A stretch of DNA of 64,000 nucleotides from Pelagibacteraceae bacterium AG-404-P08 (GTDB taxonomy: Bacteria; Pseudomonadota; Alphaproteobacteria; HIMB59): NCBI GenBank assembly GCA_003216195.1, contig QCJF01000006.1:27564-91563 (forward strand), in the 5' to 3' direction. Within the stretch, counting starts at the first letter, position 1. Every line of letters begins with the position of its first letter. The notes beneath the pieces were generated by a model. The model was given only the letters and a program-made list of their open reading frames with translations, did no database searches and was not told the DNA's origin. Shown here piece by piece: positions 21,355 to 31,197 of this stretch. Made by a program: the position numbers and the translations under genes.

Positions 21355-21807
21355 ATGATTAAAGTTTATTTAGCTGGAGAAATTCACACTAATTGGCGTG
21401 AAGATTTAATTCAATTGTGTAATTCTGCTAATTTGAAGACTCAATTTTTTTCTCCTGTCACCAATCATGAAAATTCTGATAATTGTGGCGTAGAAATATT
21501 AGGACCTGAAGATAAAAATTTTTGGAAAGATAATAAAGGTGCCAATATTAATTCTATTCGTACAAAAAAAGCTATAAAGGATAGCGATGTAGTAGTTGTA
21601 AAATTTGGTGAAAAATACAAACAATGGAATGCTGCTTTTGATGCTGGATATGCTTCGGCACTAAACAAGTCAATAATTATTATACATAGTGACGATCATC
21701 AACATGCTTTAAAAGAGGTAGATGCAGCAGCTTCTGCTGTAGTGTCTAATAATGAACAAGTGGTTCGTATTTTAAAATATGTCCAAGATGGATCTCTTGA
21801 AAAATAA
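21355..21807 (+). CDS. YtoQ-family protein (nucleoside 2-deoxyribosyltransferase-like fold)
   Basis: VYLAGEIHTNWRE, KYKQWNAAFDAG and HALKEVD motifs. ATG 21355 chosen because the ORF-track start lies inside the tRNA. Confidence 0.88.
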   Translation: MIKVYLAGEIHTNWREDLIQLCNSANLKTQFFSPVTNHENSDNCGVEILGPEDKNFWKDNKGANINSIRTKKAIKDSDVVVVKFGEKYKQWNAAFDAGYASALNKSIIIIHSDDHQHALKEVDAAASAVVSNNEQVVRILKYVQDGSLEK

Positions 21808-21825
21808 TTGTGTAAATATAATAAA

Positions 21826-21854
21826 TCGACCAATTGTTTAATTATGGTTATAAT
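21826..21854 (+). promoter_or_regulatory. Putative sigma70 promoter for a leaderless ALDH transcript
   Basis: TCGACC-N17-TATAAT, then 7 nt to ATG 21862; no Shine-Dalgarno sequence. Confidence 0.5.
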
Positions 21855-21861
21855 CTGAAAT

Positions 21862-23292
21862 ATGCTTGATAAAAGAAAATTTTATATAAATGGTGAATGG
21901 GTATCTCCATCAAAAAACTCAGATTTTAATGTAATCAATCCAGCTACAGAAGAACCTTATGTAACTATATCTTTAGGTAATGAAGATGACACTAACAAGG
22001 CTGTAGTGGCGGCAAAAAATGCTTTTACTTCATGGAAAAATACCTCTGTAGAGGAAAGAATAACCTTACTTGAAAAACTCTTAAAGATTTACAAGAGAAG
22101 ATTTCATGAGATGACCCAAGCCATTTCAACTGAACTTGGTGCTCCCTTAGATTGGGCTTCATCTGCACAAACAGCCTCTGGAGAGTCACATATCGAAGAT
22201 TTCATATTGAGATTAAAAAAATTTGAATTTGAAACTAAATTTGATGAAAGTTCTGATAATTATATAGTTTATGAACCTATTGGTGTGTGTGGTCTTATCA
22301 CACCATGGAATTGGCCTATAAACCAAATAGCTCTTAAAGTAATACCAGCTTTTGCCACTGGCTGTACTATGATTTTAAAACCATCTGAAATGGCACCTCT
22401 ATCTGGTTTGTTATTTGCTGAAATGATACATGAAGCAGGTTTTCCTGCTGGTGTTTTTAATTTAGTAAATGGAGATGGAGCAGGTGTTGGATCTCAAATA
22501 TCCAGTCATCCTGATATAGACATGGTTTCATTTACTGGCTCTACTAGAGCTGGAAAATTAATTTCAAAAAGTGCAGCTGACACAATTAAAAGAGTTTGTT
22601 TAGAGCTTGGTGGTAAGGGAGGTAATATTATTTTTGCTGATGCATATCCCAATGCTGTTAGAGATGGTGTAAGGAATATTATGAGTAATTCTGGTCAATC
22701 ATGTGATGCACCTACACGAATGTTAGTTGAAAAATCAATTTATGAAAAAGCTGTTGAGGAAGCTGCTGATGAGGCTAAAAAGATAGGCGTAGATTTACCA
22801 TCTAAATCAGGAGATCATATTGGACCTGTAATTAATAAATCTCAATTTGAGAAAATACAGTCGTTAATTCAAAGTGGTATTGACGAGGGTGCAACACTTG
22901 TAGCTGGTGGAGCGGGTAGACCTTCAAATCTTGAAAAAGGTTATTATGTAAAACCAACTGTATTTACAAATGTTAGTAATGATATGAGAATAGCTAAAGA
23001 GGAAATATTTGGTCCAGTGCTATCTATTATTCCTTTTGAGTCTGAAGAAGAGGCAATTTCAATAACTAATGATACACCATATGGATTAGGTAATTTTTTA
23101 CAAACTGAGAATAAAGAAAGAGCCAGAAGAGTTTCAAAACAATTAAGGGCTGGTGTGGTTCAAATCAATGGAATTGCTCCTGACGCTGGAACACCTTTTG
23201 GAGGCTACAACCAATCTGGTAATGGACGAGAGGGTGGAACATGGGGTCTGCATGAATATTTGGAAGTTAAAGCAATTAGTGGTTGGAAATAG
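21862..23292 (+). CDS. Aldehyde dehydrogenase family protein
   Basis: TPWNWP, KPSE, FTGSTRAG, LELGGK, catalytic GQSCD and EEIFGPV. Confidence 0.95.
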   Translation: MLDKRKFYINGEWVSPSKNSDFNVINPATEEPYVTISLGNEDDTNKAVVAAKNAFTSWKNTSVEERITLLEKLLKIYKRRFHEMTQAISTELGAPLDWASSAQTASGESHIEDFILRLKKFEFETKFDESSDNYIVYEPIGVCGLITPWNWPINQIALKVIPAFATGCTMILKPSEMAPLSGLLFAEMIHEAGFPAGVFNLVNGDGAGVGSQISSHPDIDMVSFTGSTRAGKLISKSAADTIKRVCLELGGKGGNIIFADAYPNAVRDGVRNIMSNSGQSCDAPTRMLVEKSIYEKAVEEAADEAKKIGVDLPSKSGDHIGPVINKSQFEKIQSLIQSGIDEGATLVAGGAGRPSNLEKGYYVKPTVFTNVSNDMRIAKEEIFGPVLSIIPFESEEEAISITNDTPYGLGNFLQTENKERARRVSKQLRAGVVQINGIAPDAGTPFGGYNQSGNGREGGTWGLHEYLEVKAISGWK

Positions 23293-23673
23293 ATGATAGG
23301 ATTTGTCATGGTTGGAACAAACGATCTTGATAAAGCTACTGGGTTTTATGATACCCTTCTTGATATTATTGATTTAAAGAGAATTGAAAAAACTGATACT
23401 TATGGCTCCTACGCTCCTAAATCAAATCCCGAAGCAGTAGAATTTTATGTTACAACTCCTTTCAATGAAGAAAAAGCAACAGTTGGTAACGGAACTCAAA
23501 TTTCTTTTTATATAAATAATAAAGAAGCTGTCGATTTATTTCATTCTACTGCAATAAGTTTAGGTGCAAAAGATGAAGGTGCCCCAGGTGAGAGATATGA
23601 AGGTGAGTATTATTCTTATATCAGAGATTTAGATGGCAACAAAATTTGTGGTTACACTTACCTTAATAAATAG
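23293..23673 (+). CDS. VOC/glyoxalase-family protein
   Basis: MIGFVMVGTND, GNGTQISF, DEGAPG and YIRDLDGNK motifs. Confidence 0.88.
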   Translation: MIGFVMVGTNDLDKATGFYDTLLDIIDLKRIEKTDTYGSYAPKSNPEAVEFYVTTPFNEEKATVGNGTQISFYINNKEAVDLFHSTAISLGAKDEGAPGERYEGEYYSYIRDLDGNKICGYTYLNK

Positions 23674-23688
23674 AGATTAATTTTTTTT

Positions 23689-24609
23689 ATGTCTTATTCT
23701 GATATTGAAAATAAATTGAACTCAGGAAAAATTATTATTCTTGATGGTGGGATGGGTGCTGAACTAGAAAAACTCGGAGCATCAATGGATAATAATCTTT
23801 GGTCTGGCAGATGTTCTGTAGATAATCCTGAAATCGTATACAAAGCCCATCAAAATTTTATTCAATCAGGCTCAGATATAATTACGACTAATACTTACGC
23901 TAGTACTCCAATTTCAATGAAAGAATATGGCTATGAAAACCATATCGAAGAATGGAATAAAGCGAGTGTAAAAATAGCTAAAAATGTTATTGATAATTCT
24001 AATTCCAATGTATGTGTAGCTGGCTCGGTTTCTACATATGGTAGTTGGGATAGAATTGAACCAAAATTCTTAAAACCAGGTTTTTTAAAACAATTAAGTA
24101 TTTTATCTGAGGCAGGTGTTGATTTAATTATCCTTGAAGCGATGACTTCATCGACAAGAACCATAGAGGCATTATTAGATTGTTCTAATAAATTTGATAT
24201 ATCAATATGGCTTTCAATATCGTGTGCATTGAACAGAGATAGAAATCAACTTATGCTTGGATATCAAGAAAGTATAAGTAATTCTGAAGCATTTTTTTAC
24301 GATGATTTTGAAAATTCTATTAATGAATTTAAAAAAATTCATGATGGTCCTATATTAATAGCTCATTCCGATATAAAGGTGATAAATCAAGGAATTCAAA
24401 TAATCAAAAGTAATTATAATGGTGTTATTGGGGCATATCCGAATAACGGTTTTTTTAAAAAACCACATTGGAATGTGGTAGAGAGTATTTCTCCACAAGA
24501 GTATTATGAAGAAGCTAAATTATGGGTTGAAAGTGGAGCACAAATTATAGGTGGTTGCTGTGGAGTCAGCCCTAGTCATATTAAAGCATTATCAGTTTTA
24601 AAGAATTAA
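23689..24609 (+). CDS. Homocysteine S-methyltransferase family protein (copy 1)
   Basis: ILDGGMGAEL, DIITTNTY, AGSV, GAYPN and IIGGCCG motifs. Confidence 0.88.
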   Translation: MSYSDIENKLNSGKIIILDGGMGAELEKLGASMDNNLWSGRCSVDNPEIVYKAHQNFIQSGSDIITTNTYASTPISMKEYGYENHIEEWNKASVKIAKNVIDNSNSNVCVAGSVSTYGSWDRIEPKFLKPGFLKQLSILSEAGVDLIILEAMTSSTRTIEALLDCSNKFDISIWLSISCALNRDRNQLMLGYQESISNSEAFFYDDFENSINEFKKIHDGPILIAHSDIKVINQGIQIIKSNYNGVIGAYPNNGFFKKPHWNVVESISPQEYYEEAKLWVESGAQIIGGCCGVSPSHIKALSVLKN

Positions 24610-24612
24610 TTT

Positions 24613-25737
24613 TTAAGTTAATTCTGTTTCTCTGTAAGAAGATGTATCTTCCATTAACAATTTAGTATCAATATTTATACCTAAACCTTCATTGTCCTCT
24701 ATTTTGACAAATCCATCTTTTATTTCATAGTTTTGATTACTAAATTTTAATGAGTATGGAATATATTCAGGAAAAAATTCTGCCATTTCTGTATTTGTAA
24801 AACTCATACATACATGTACCATCGCAGATGCTGCAATCGACATAGAATTCCAACAATGAGGAGAAACTGTAACTTTTTTTTCATGAGATAATTTGATTAT
24901 TTTTATCATATCAATAATTCCACCAACACCTGAAATATCTGGATTGAAAATATCAACTGCATCCAAAGCTAAAGTTTCAATAAAATGATTTAATCCACAT
25001 TGCTTTTCACCTGAAACAATTCTCAAACTTGTTTTCTCTCTAATATCTTTAAGTGATCTTGTTGCTTCACCATCAACTGGTTCTTCAAACCAATAAGGTC
25101 TAAATTCCTCAACAAGTGAAGCTAGTTTTAATGATATATTTGTATCTTTAGGGCAGGCTAGATCTAACATAAGAGGTATTTTATAGCCTAAAACATCTCT
25201 AATTTTTGAAACACATATTGCTGCTTGTTCAACAGTTCTATTTTGAAGTGGATATATTTTAATTCCTCCATAACCATCGCTTAGTGTTTCTATACATCTT
25301 GATGATAAATCTTCATCATTTTTAAAATCCTCACTCCATATTGTTGCATAAACAGGAACTTTTTCTCTATAATCCTTTGATAATATTTTATAAAGAGGTT
25401 TTTTTTCTTTCTTCCCCTCTATATCCCAAAGACTCATTTCTATAGCACTTGTTGCAGCGGAAAAGTCAATTCCACGATGTCCATCAGCTATTAAATTTGA
25501 CTCTGTATAAAATCTATCTGGTGTTATGTCTTTTAAATGAGATAAAGAGCTCATTAAATTATGAATAATTTCCACAATTCCTTTTTCTCTTGCAGGTAAT
25601 GAAAAAGCCTCACCCCAGCCCTCAAAACCATCAGAGTTAGTTAATTTTAAAAATATAAATGGTTTTATTTGCGACCATCCATCCTCAGTTTGTTTTGAAT
25701 TAGTTATCCATGTCTCCACTTTTCTTATGAATGTCAT
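24613..25737 (-). CDS. Enolase-superfamily enzyme, mandelate racemase subgroup
   Basis: GWGEA, SAIEMSLWD, metal ligands MLD/FEEP/SGE, NPD plus PH His-Asp dyad; KIY in place of KxK. Confidence 0.88.
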   Translation of the reverse strand: MTFIRKVETWITNSKQTEDGWSQIKPFIFLKLTNSDGFEGWGEAFSLPAREKGIVEIIHNLMSSLSHLKDITPDRFYTESNLIADGHRGIDFSAATSAIEMSLWDIEGKKEKKPLYKILSKDYREKVPVYATIWSEDFKNDEDLSSRCIETLSDGYGGIKIYPLQNRTVEQAAICVSKIRDVLGYKIPLMLDLACPKDTNISLKLASLVEEFRPYWFEEPVDGEATRSLKDIREKTSLRIVSGEKQCGLNHFIETLALDAVDIFNPDISGVGGIIDMIKIIKLSHEKKVTVSPHCWNSMSIAASAMVHVCMSFTNTEMAEFFPEYIPYSLKFSNQNYEIKDGFVKIEDNEGLGINIDTKLLMEDTSSYRETELT

Positions 25738-25740
25738 TAT

Positions 25741-26727
25741 TTAAAATTTTTCAATTAATTTCTTTAAATGATTGTCACTTACACCACAGCATCCACCAAT
25801 GATTTGTATTTGATCATCAATAAATTCTAGGCAAGAATTTGCAAATTCATCTTCATTACATGTAGCAATAGCTTCATGTGTGCTTGTATCAAATTTATGT
25901 ATTTCTGGATAAAACATCATAGGGCCACTCCAATGATCTTTTATAATTTTCAATCCACCATAGCTATCTTGAAACCACGTGTGCATAATACCATAAACAT
26001 CTCCACCAATATTTGTTAGTGTTTTTATAATATCTTCAAATAAAATTATATCATCTTCAGGTAAAAATTTCGGTTGTTCTTGATATATCTTTTCATCATA
26101 AATTAGTGATTTTTCTTTTTCAGCTCTAAAATTTCTTCCTACTATCGTATTATCATATTTACTTACACAACAACTTAATCCAACCCATACGGGTAAACCA
26201 GTTTGTAAAGCAGCATTCAATAATAATTGTGAATGGTCTATGTCTAATAACATTTCTAATATTAAAATATCTACACCAGAATTTTTTAATGTGTTAGCTG
26301 CCTCTATATAATTCTCTTCTTCTTGTTTAAATGACGGAATAAACCTTGGATCAGGTACAAATTCATTTTCCTTTAAAGCAAAAAAATTGGAGAGACTTCC
26401 AGCTATAGCAACTTGATTTTCCTTATTACAGTTTTTTAATGCTTTTCTTGCTAATTCGACAGATCCAGTTAAAAATTCTATAGTTTCATTTTCACGATTT
26501 AAACTTTGTAAAACGTGTCTACTGGTTGCAAAAGTGTTAGCGGTGATGATATCACATCCAGCATTGATGAAGTTTTCATGAACTTTTACAACAATATCAG
26601 GAGATGTAATTGTTGATAATGCTGCAAAAGCAGGGCTCATATCACCACCTAATTTAGCAATCTCAGAACCATTTCCACCATCGAGGAAAATTTTTGAATT
26701 GTTATTTAATTTTTCTTTATAAATCAT
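25741..26727 (-). CDS. Homocysteine S-methyltransferase family protein (copy 2)
   Basis: FLDGGNGSE, DIITANTF, AGSL, LILEM and IIGGCCG motifs. Confidence 0.88.
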   Translation of the reverse strand: MIYKEKLNNNSKIFLDGGNGSEIAKLGGDMSPAFAALSTITSPDIVVKVHENFINAGCDIITANTFATSRHVLQSLNRENETIEFLTGSVELARKALKNCNKENQVAIAGSLSNFFALKENEFVPDPRFIPSFKQEEENYIEAANTLKNSGVDILILEMLLDIDHSQLLLNAALQTGLPVWVGLSCCVSKYDNTIVGRNFRAEKEKSLIYDEKIYQEQPKFLPEDDIILFEDIIKTLTNIGGDVYGIMHTWFQDSYGGLKIIKDHWSGPMMFYPEIHKFDTSTHEAIATCNEDEFANSCLEFIDDQIQIIGGCCGVSDNHLKKLIEKF

Positions 26728-27617
26728 GATTTTTTTGTGTTTGGTGCTAGTACTACTGCTAAAATTCCACCAAGCACAATCATTGAACTTCCTATTATTT
26801 CACGCCAGCCAAAAGGCTCATCTGTCAAAATACTAGAACTGGTCACACCAACAAGTATTTCTGATAAAAAAAGAATGGAACACAAACCCGCACCTAATTT
26901 GCTAGGAGACCAGAATATTACTACACCTGTGGGTATAAAATAAAAAACAGATATAAAGAAAAGAAATGAAGACATTTCAACGAAAGAGTCCATTGTAGGC
27001 ATAGGTCCTAAATAATCTTTCAAAAAGATGCCAGCGACAATGTTAAATAAAGTTCCATAAAAAAAGAAAGAAAAAATTGTTGGGAATACACCATCTGTCT
27101 TTGCGATTTCTAATTTTATCATCCCGCCAGCAAATAATGCCCCTCCAGCAAAAGCTAACCAATCACCAGCATTCTCTGGTAAAGGGATTATCGTTTGCTT
27201 ACTAAATACTACCCATAGCCCCCCTAAAGCTAAACCAAGTGTTATAGCTCTTTCTATCCCAGGTCTTTTTTTCAAAAATAAAATTTCAAAAATAGTAGTC
27301 CATATTGGTGTCATGTAAAAAAGTATTAATGCTCGAACTACATCAGTTAAAAGAAAACTCAACGCATAACAAATAAAGCCGCCCCCACAAAGTAAGCCTG
27401 TTATCGGTAGCTCTAAACCAAAAGTTCTTCCATTAATTTTACGCCACACTGCAATTGGAGATAAAATTAAAACTCCAATAATCATTTGTGCGATGGTTCC
27501 CCAACCACCAGTAAGACCACCGTCTTCTAATATTCTTTGTGGTAACCAATATATACCCCATGATCCAGCTGATATAGCAAGGGCAGCTGCTATTTTATAA
27601 TGATGAGGGTGCCTCAT
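26724..27617 (-). CDS. DMT/EamA-family transporter
   Basis: About 10 hydrophobic segments in two repeats; LFYMTPIWT motif. Confidence 0.85.
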   Translation of the reverse strand: MRHPHHYKIAAALAISAGSWGIYWLPQRILEDGGLTGGWGTIAQMIIGVLILSPIAVWRKINGRTFGLELPITGLLCGGGFICYALSFLLTDVVRALILFYMTPIWTTIFEILFLKKRPGIERAITLGLALGGLWVVFSKQTIIPLPENAGDWLAFAGGALFAGGMIKLEIAKTDGVFPTIFSFFFYGTLFNIVAGIFLKDYLGPMPTMDSFVEMSSFLFFISVFYFIPTGVVIFWSPSKLGAGLCSILFLSEILVGVTSSSILTDEPFGWREIIGSSMIVLGGILAVVLAPNTKKS

Positions 27618-27622
27618 TATTA

Positions 27623-29038
27623 TTAATCTAACAGAGGTTTAAACTTACTAAAGTTAAATATTTCCTCATATTTTTTTGCAAAAGCAAATAATTGTAAATC
27701 ACTTTTCCTTTTTCCAATTATCTGCATACCCATTGGCATACCAAGTTCATCAAATCCGACAGGGATAGTGAATGTCGGTAATTCAAGAAGACTAGACAAT
27801 ATAAAAATTTCTAACCAACGGTGGTAAGTATCTAACTGAAAAGAATTTATTTTTTCAGGAAACTGTTGATTTTTATCAAACGGAAATAGTTGTGCAGAGG
27901 GTAAAGCAAGAAAATCAAAGTTTTTAAAAATATTTTCAATTTGTTCTTCACACCTTTTTTTTTGTTTATAAGCACTATCTAAGTCTCCATTATTTATATT
28001 TTTTCCTTGATTGTACTCCCATATAGCTTGGTAAGTCATTGTATTAATATCTTTTATGTTCATTGCTAAAGTATCTTCGTAAATACTTTTTGATCTAAAC
28101 GTAATCCAACTATTCCATAGAGCTTCATTATCAAAATCTGGTTTTAATCTTTCAATTTTTACATACAAGTTTTCTAATTTTTTAAGTTGAGACTCACACA
28201 TATCTAAAATTTTTGTTTCAATTTTATAATTGTTATTCATATTAGATAACCAACCTATTTTGATATTGGTTAAATCTTCATCTTTTATTTTTTGATTTTT
28301 AAAAAGTTCTTTTAAATCAAAAGAATAGTTATCCCTTGTGTCACTTCCAATCATTTCATCTAATAAAAATGCCATATCATTTGGTGATTTTGCTAAACAA
28401 CCAGGTGTTGTGAGTATGGGAATTTTTGATAATTGGTTCCCTCTATCAACTGAAATTAAGCCAGGTGTAGGTCTGTATCCATAAATATTTGCATATGCTG
28501 CTGGTCCTCTGCATGATCCCATTTGATCAGTGCCGTCTGCAAATGGTATTAGTCCTGCTGCTACAGCAGTACTGGCTCCTCCACTTGATCCTGCTGCAGA
28601 TTTTGTATTATCAAAATAATTAGAAGTTGGGCCAAACAATCTGTTTATTGTATGTCCACCAACACCTAATTCTGCTGTGTTAGTCTTTCCAATGATAATA
28701 GCTCCGCTTTTAATAAGACGTTCAACAAACAATGAATTTTTTTTGGGAAAATAATCTTTTGTTCCAGGATAGCCATATGTTGTTTTAATGCCAACTACAT
28801 CACTTAAATCTTTAATAGCTATGGGAATTCCATCTAAAGTCTTCTCAGATTGAGTTGAGTTATCTTTATATATAGCTTCTTTTATAAGATCCCCTCTATC
28901 CTTGAGAAGCACTATTGCATTTAAATCTGGATTAAATTTTTCAATTCTATCCAAATAGTATTCCATTACCTCTTTAATAGATATTTGTCGCTGATTTATA
29001 TTGTGTATTATTTCTTCAACAGATTGATCCTCAAGCAT
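27623..29038 (-). CDS. Amidase-signature family protein
   Basis: GIPIAIKD, GKTNT, AGSSGG and GTDQMGSCRGP (Ser-cisSer-Lys triad). Confidence 0.92.
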   Translation of the reverse strand: MLEDQSVEEIIHNINQRQISIKEVMEYYLDRIEKFNPDLNAIVLLKDRGDLIKEAIYKDNSTQSEKTLDGIPIAIKDLSDVVGIKTTYGYPGTKDYFPKKNSLFVERLIKSGAIIIGKTNTAELGVGGHTINRLFGPTSNYFDNTKSAAGSSGGASTAVAAGLIPFADGTDQMGSCRGPAAYANIYGYRPTPGLISVDRGNQLSKIPILTTPGCLAKSPNDMAFLLDEMIGSDTRDNYSFDLKELFKNQKIKDEDLTNIKIGWLSNMNNNYKIETKILDMCESQLKKLENLYVKIERLKPDFDNEALWNSWITFRSKSIYEDTLAMNIKDINTMTYQAIWEYNQGKNINNGDLDSAYKQKKRCEEQIENIFKNFDFLALPSAQLFPFDKNQQFPEKINSFQLDTYHRWLEIFILSSLLELPTFTIPVGFDELGMPMGMQIIGKRKSDLQLFAFAKKYEEIFNFSKFKPLLD

Positions 29039-29044
29039 ATAGTC

Positions 29045-30235
29045 TTAGCGAGCTTGTTTTATACTTTGAGTAACAATGTCTTTCATTTGCAACAATGATG
29101 CTTCTTTTGGATTTGTTGCATAGGCTTGATCCTGCATAGCTTTTTTTGCAATCCTTTCAGCACAGTCTTCAGGAACATCAATTTCACTTAAACTTTTAGG
29201 GATATTTAATCTATCAAGTAACAATTCAATATTTTGAGTAAATTCATTTACTGTATGATTTTCAAATTGCATGGCTTCTGACATTCTTTGAACTTTTTCA
29301 TCCATACCTGGTAAATTGAAATGAAGAACAGGTGGTAAAACAATAGCATTCGTTAAACCATGATGAGTATTAAATTCTGCTCCAACCATGTGGGATATTG
29401 AATGAACATTACCTAATCCCTTTAAAAAGGATATTCCTCCCAAATATGATCCTATGATCATTGCACCTCTTGCCAACAAATTATTTGGTTCTTCTACAGC
29501 TAAAACAAGAGATTTTGAAATTAAATTAAGACTTTCCAAAGCAGCTCCATCACAAAGTGGATGAAAACCTGGCACACAGTATCCCTCGATACTATGTACA
29601 AGAGCATCGACACCTGTCCACGCTGTTAATTTTGGAGGTAATTCTAATGTTAACTCTGGATCTACTAGTGTGAATATAGGTCTTACATCTGGATGCCAGA
29701 TGCAAAATTTCATTCCTTTTTCTAAATGTGTAACCATTGCTGTTATTTCTGTTTCAGCCCCGGTTCCTGCAGTTGTTGGGACAGTTATTATTTTTGGAAA
29801 TGCATTTTCTTTTGATATTTTTGGTACTGGTTGTTCAAACTCAAAATCCCATAATGGGGTTTCACTATTAACAGTTAAACATATAGACTTACCACCATCC
29901 ATAGCACTCCCACCACCAATAGCTATGATTGAATCGTGACTTCCATTTTTAAACTGGTCACATCCTTTTGATATCTCATCATCTCGTGGGTTAGGCGATA
30001 TATTATAAAATAAATCTGATTTAATATTATTTTTTGATAATAATGCTATTAACTTCTTAATAAAAGGAAGATCCTTGCTGCCACTATCTGTTACAATAAG
30101 AGGATTTTTAATATCAAATTCCTCACAAAATTTTGCAATTTCATTAAATCTTCCTGGTCCGTAATATGTGGTTGTCGGAAAAGTCCAGTCTTGGTTAGAC
30201 AGGATATCTTTTTCGTTTAGTTTAAAGTTTTTCAT
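29045..30235 (-). CDS. Iron-containing alcohol dehydrogenase
   Basis: GGGSAMD, PTTAGTGAE and metal ligands DALVH, HSISH, HHG. Confidence 0.93.
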   Translation of the reverse strand: MKNFKLNEKDILSNQDWTFPTTTYYGPGRFNEIAKFCEEFDIKNPLIVTDSGSKDLPFIKKLIALLSKNNIKSDLFYNISPNPRDDEISKGCDQFKNGSHDSIIAIGGGSAMDGGKSICLTVNSETPLWDFEFEQPVPKISKENAFPKIITVPTTAGTGAETEITAMVTHLEKGMKFCIWHPDVRPIFTLVDPELTLELPPKLTAWTGVDALVHSIEGYCVPGFHPLCDGAALESLNLISKSLVLAVEEPNNLLARGAMIIGSYLGGISFLKGLGNVHSISHMVGAEFNTHHGLTNAIVLPPVLHFNLPGMDEKVQRMSEAMQFENHTVNEFTQNIELLLDRLNIPKSLSEIDVPEDCAERIAKKAMQDQAYATNPKEASLLQMKDIVTQSIKQAR

Positions 30236-30276
30236 TTAGAATAATAAAGTTTATAACAAGTTAATAGTGATATGAA

Positions 30277-31188
30277 ATGATTAATTTTATTTATAATCAA
30301 AAAAATACATTTCTTGCAATCTCTGCAATGGTTATTGGAGTTATATTCATAGATATACATGGATTGATTGTAAAATATTTAGGAGGTGAGTATTCTACAA
30401 TTCAACTAGCTCTTTTTAGAAATACTTTTGCGATAATCCCCCTAATACTTTTACTAATTTATAATAAAGAAAGCTCAGACCTTTTTAAAAATTTAAATAA
30501 AAAATTTATTTTATTTTGTTTTATCAGAGGTTCTTGTTTTTTGGCTATTAATATCTTGTATTACATTGCAATAAATAATATGGAATTTGCTACAGCATCT
30601 ACACTAACTTTTTCCTCTACATTTTTTATAGTAATTTTATCAATCTTCTTTTTAGGAGACAGAGTGGGTATATATAGATGGTCAGCTGTTATAATTGGCT
30701 TTGTTGGAGTTGTAATGATTATGAAACCTAATAGTAGTATTTTTTCTTATTATTCTATTTTACCAATACTAGTTGCTTTCTTATGGGCTGTCCAAGTGAT
30801 AGTACTAAAATTTATACCAGATAATTTTTCTACAGGAAAAATTCAATTCTATTCTCTCTTTTCATCTTTTCTTGGTTCATTAATATTTATTTTTTTTACA
30901 ACTGGTCATACATATATTGAGAGCAATACTGACTTTTTAATTTTATCATTAATTGGTATTTTTGGAGGAACAGCTGCAATTCTATTTATTTACTCTTATA
31001 GGTTAATAGCAGCTAGTAAAATCGCAGTTTTTGAATATTTAGCAATACCCTCATCTTTTATTCTAGCGTGGATATTTTTTGGTGAAGCACCTTTTGATCA
31101 ACTTTTCCCAGGAGTTTTATTAATAGTTTTCGCTGGAATGATTATTATTTGGAGAGATAAAAATAAGAAAATTAATAAACCAAACTAA
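30277..31188 (+). CDS. DMT/EamA-family transporter
   Basis: About 10 TM segments; LGDRVGIYRWSAVIIGFVGV motif. Confidence 0.87.
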   Translation: MINFIYNQKNTFLAISAMVIGVIFIDIHGLIVKYLGGEYSTIQLALFRNTFAIIPLILLLIYNKESSDLFKNLNKKFILFCFIRGSCFLAINILYYIAINNMEFATASTLTFSSTFFIVILSIFFLGDRVGIYRWSAVIIGFVGVVMIMKPNSSIFSYYSILPILVAFLWAVQVIVLKFIPDNFSTGKIQFYSLFSSFLGSLIFIFFTTGHTYIESNTDFLILSLIGIFGGTAAILFIYSYRLIAASKIAVFEYLAIPSSFILAWIFFGEAPFDQLFPGVLLIVFAGMIIIWRDKNKKINKPN

Positions 31189-31197
31189 ATGTTTATA

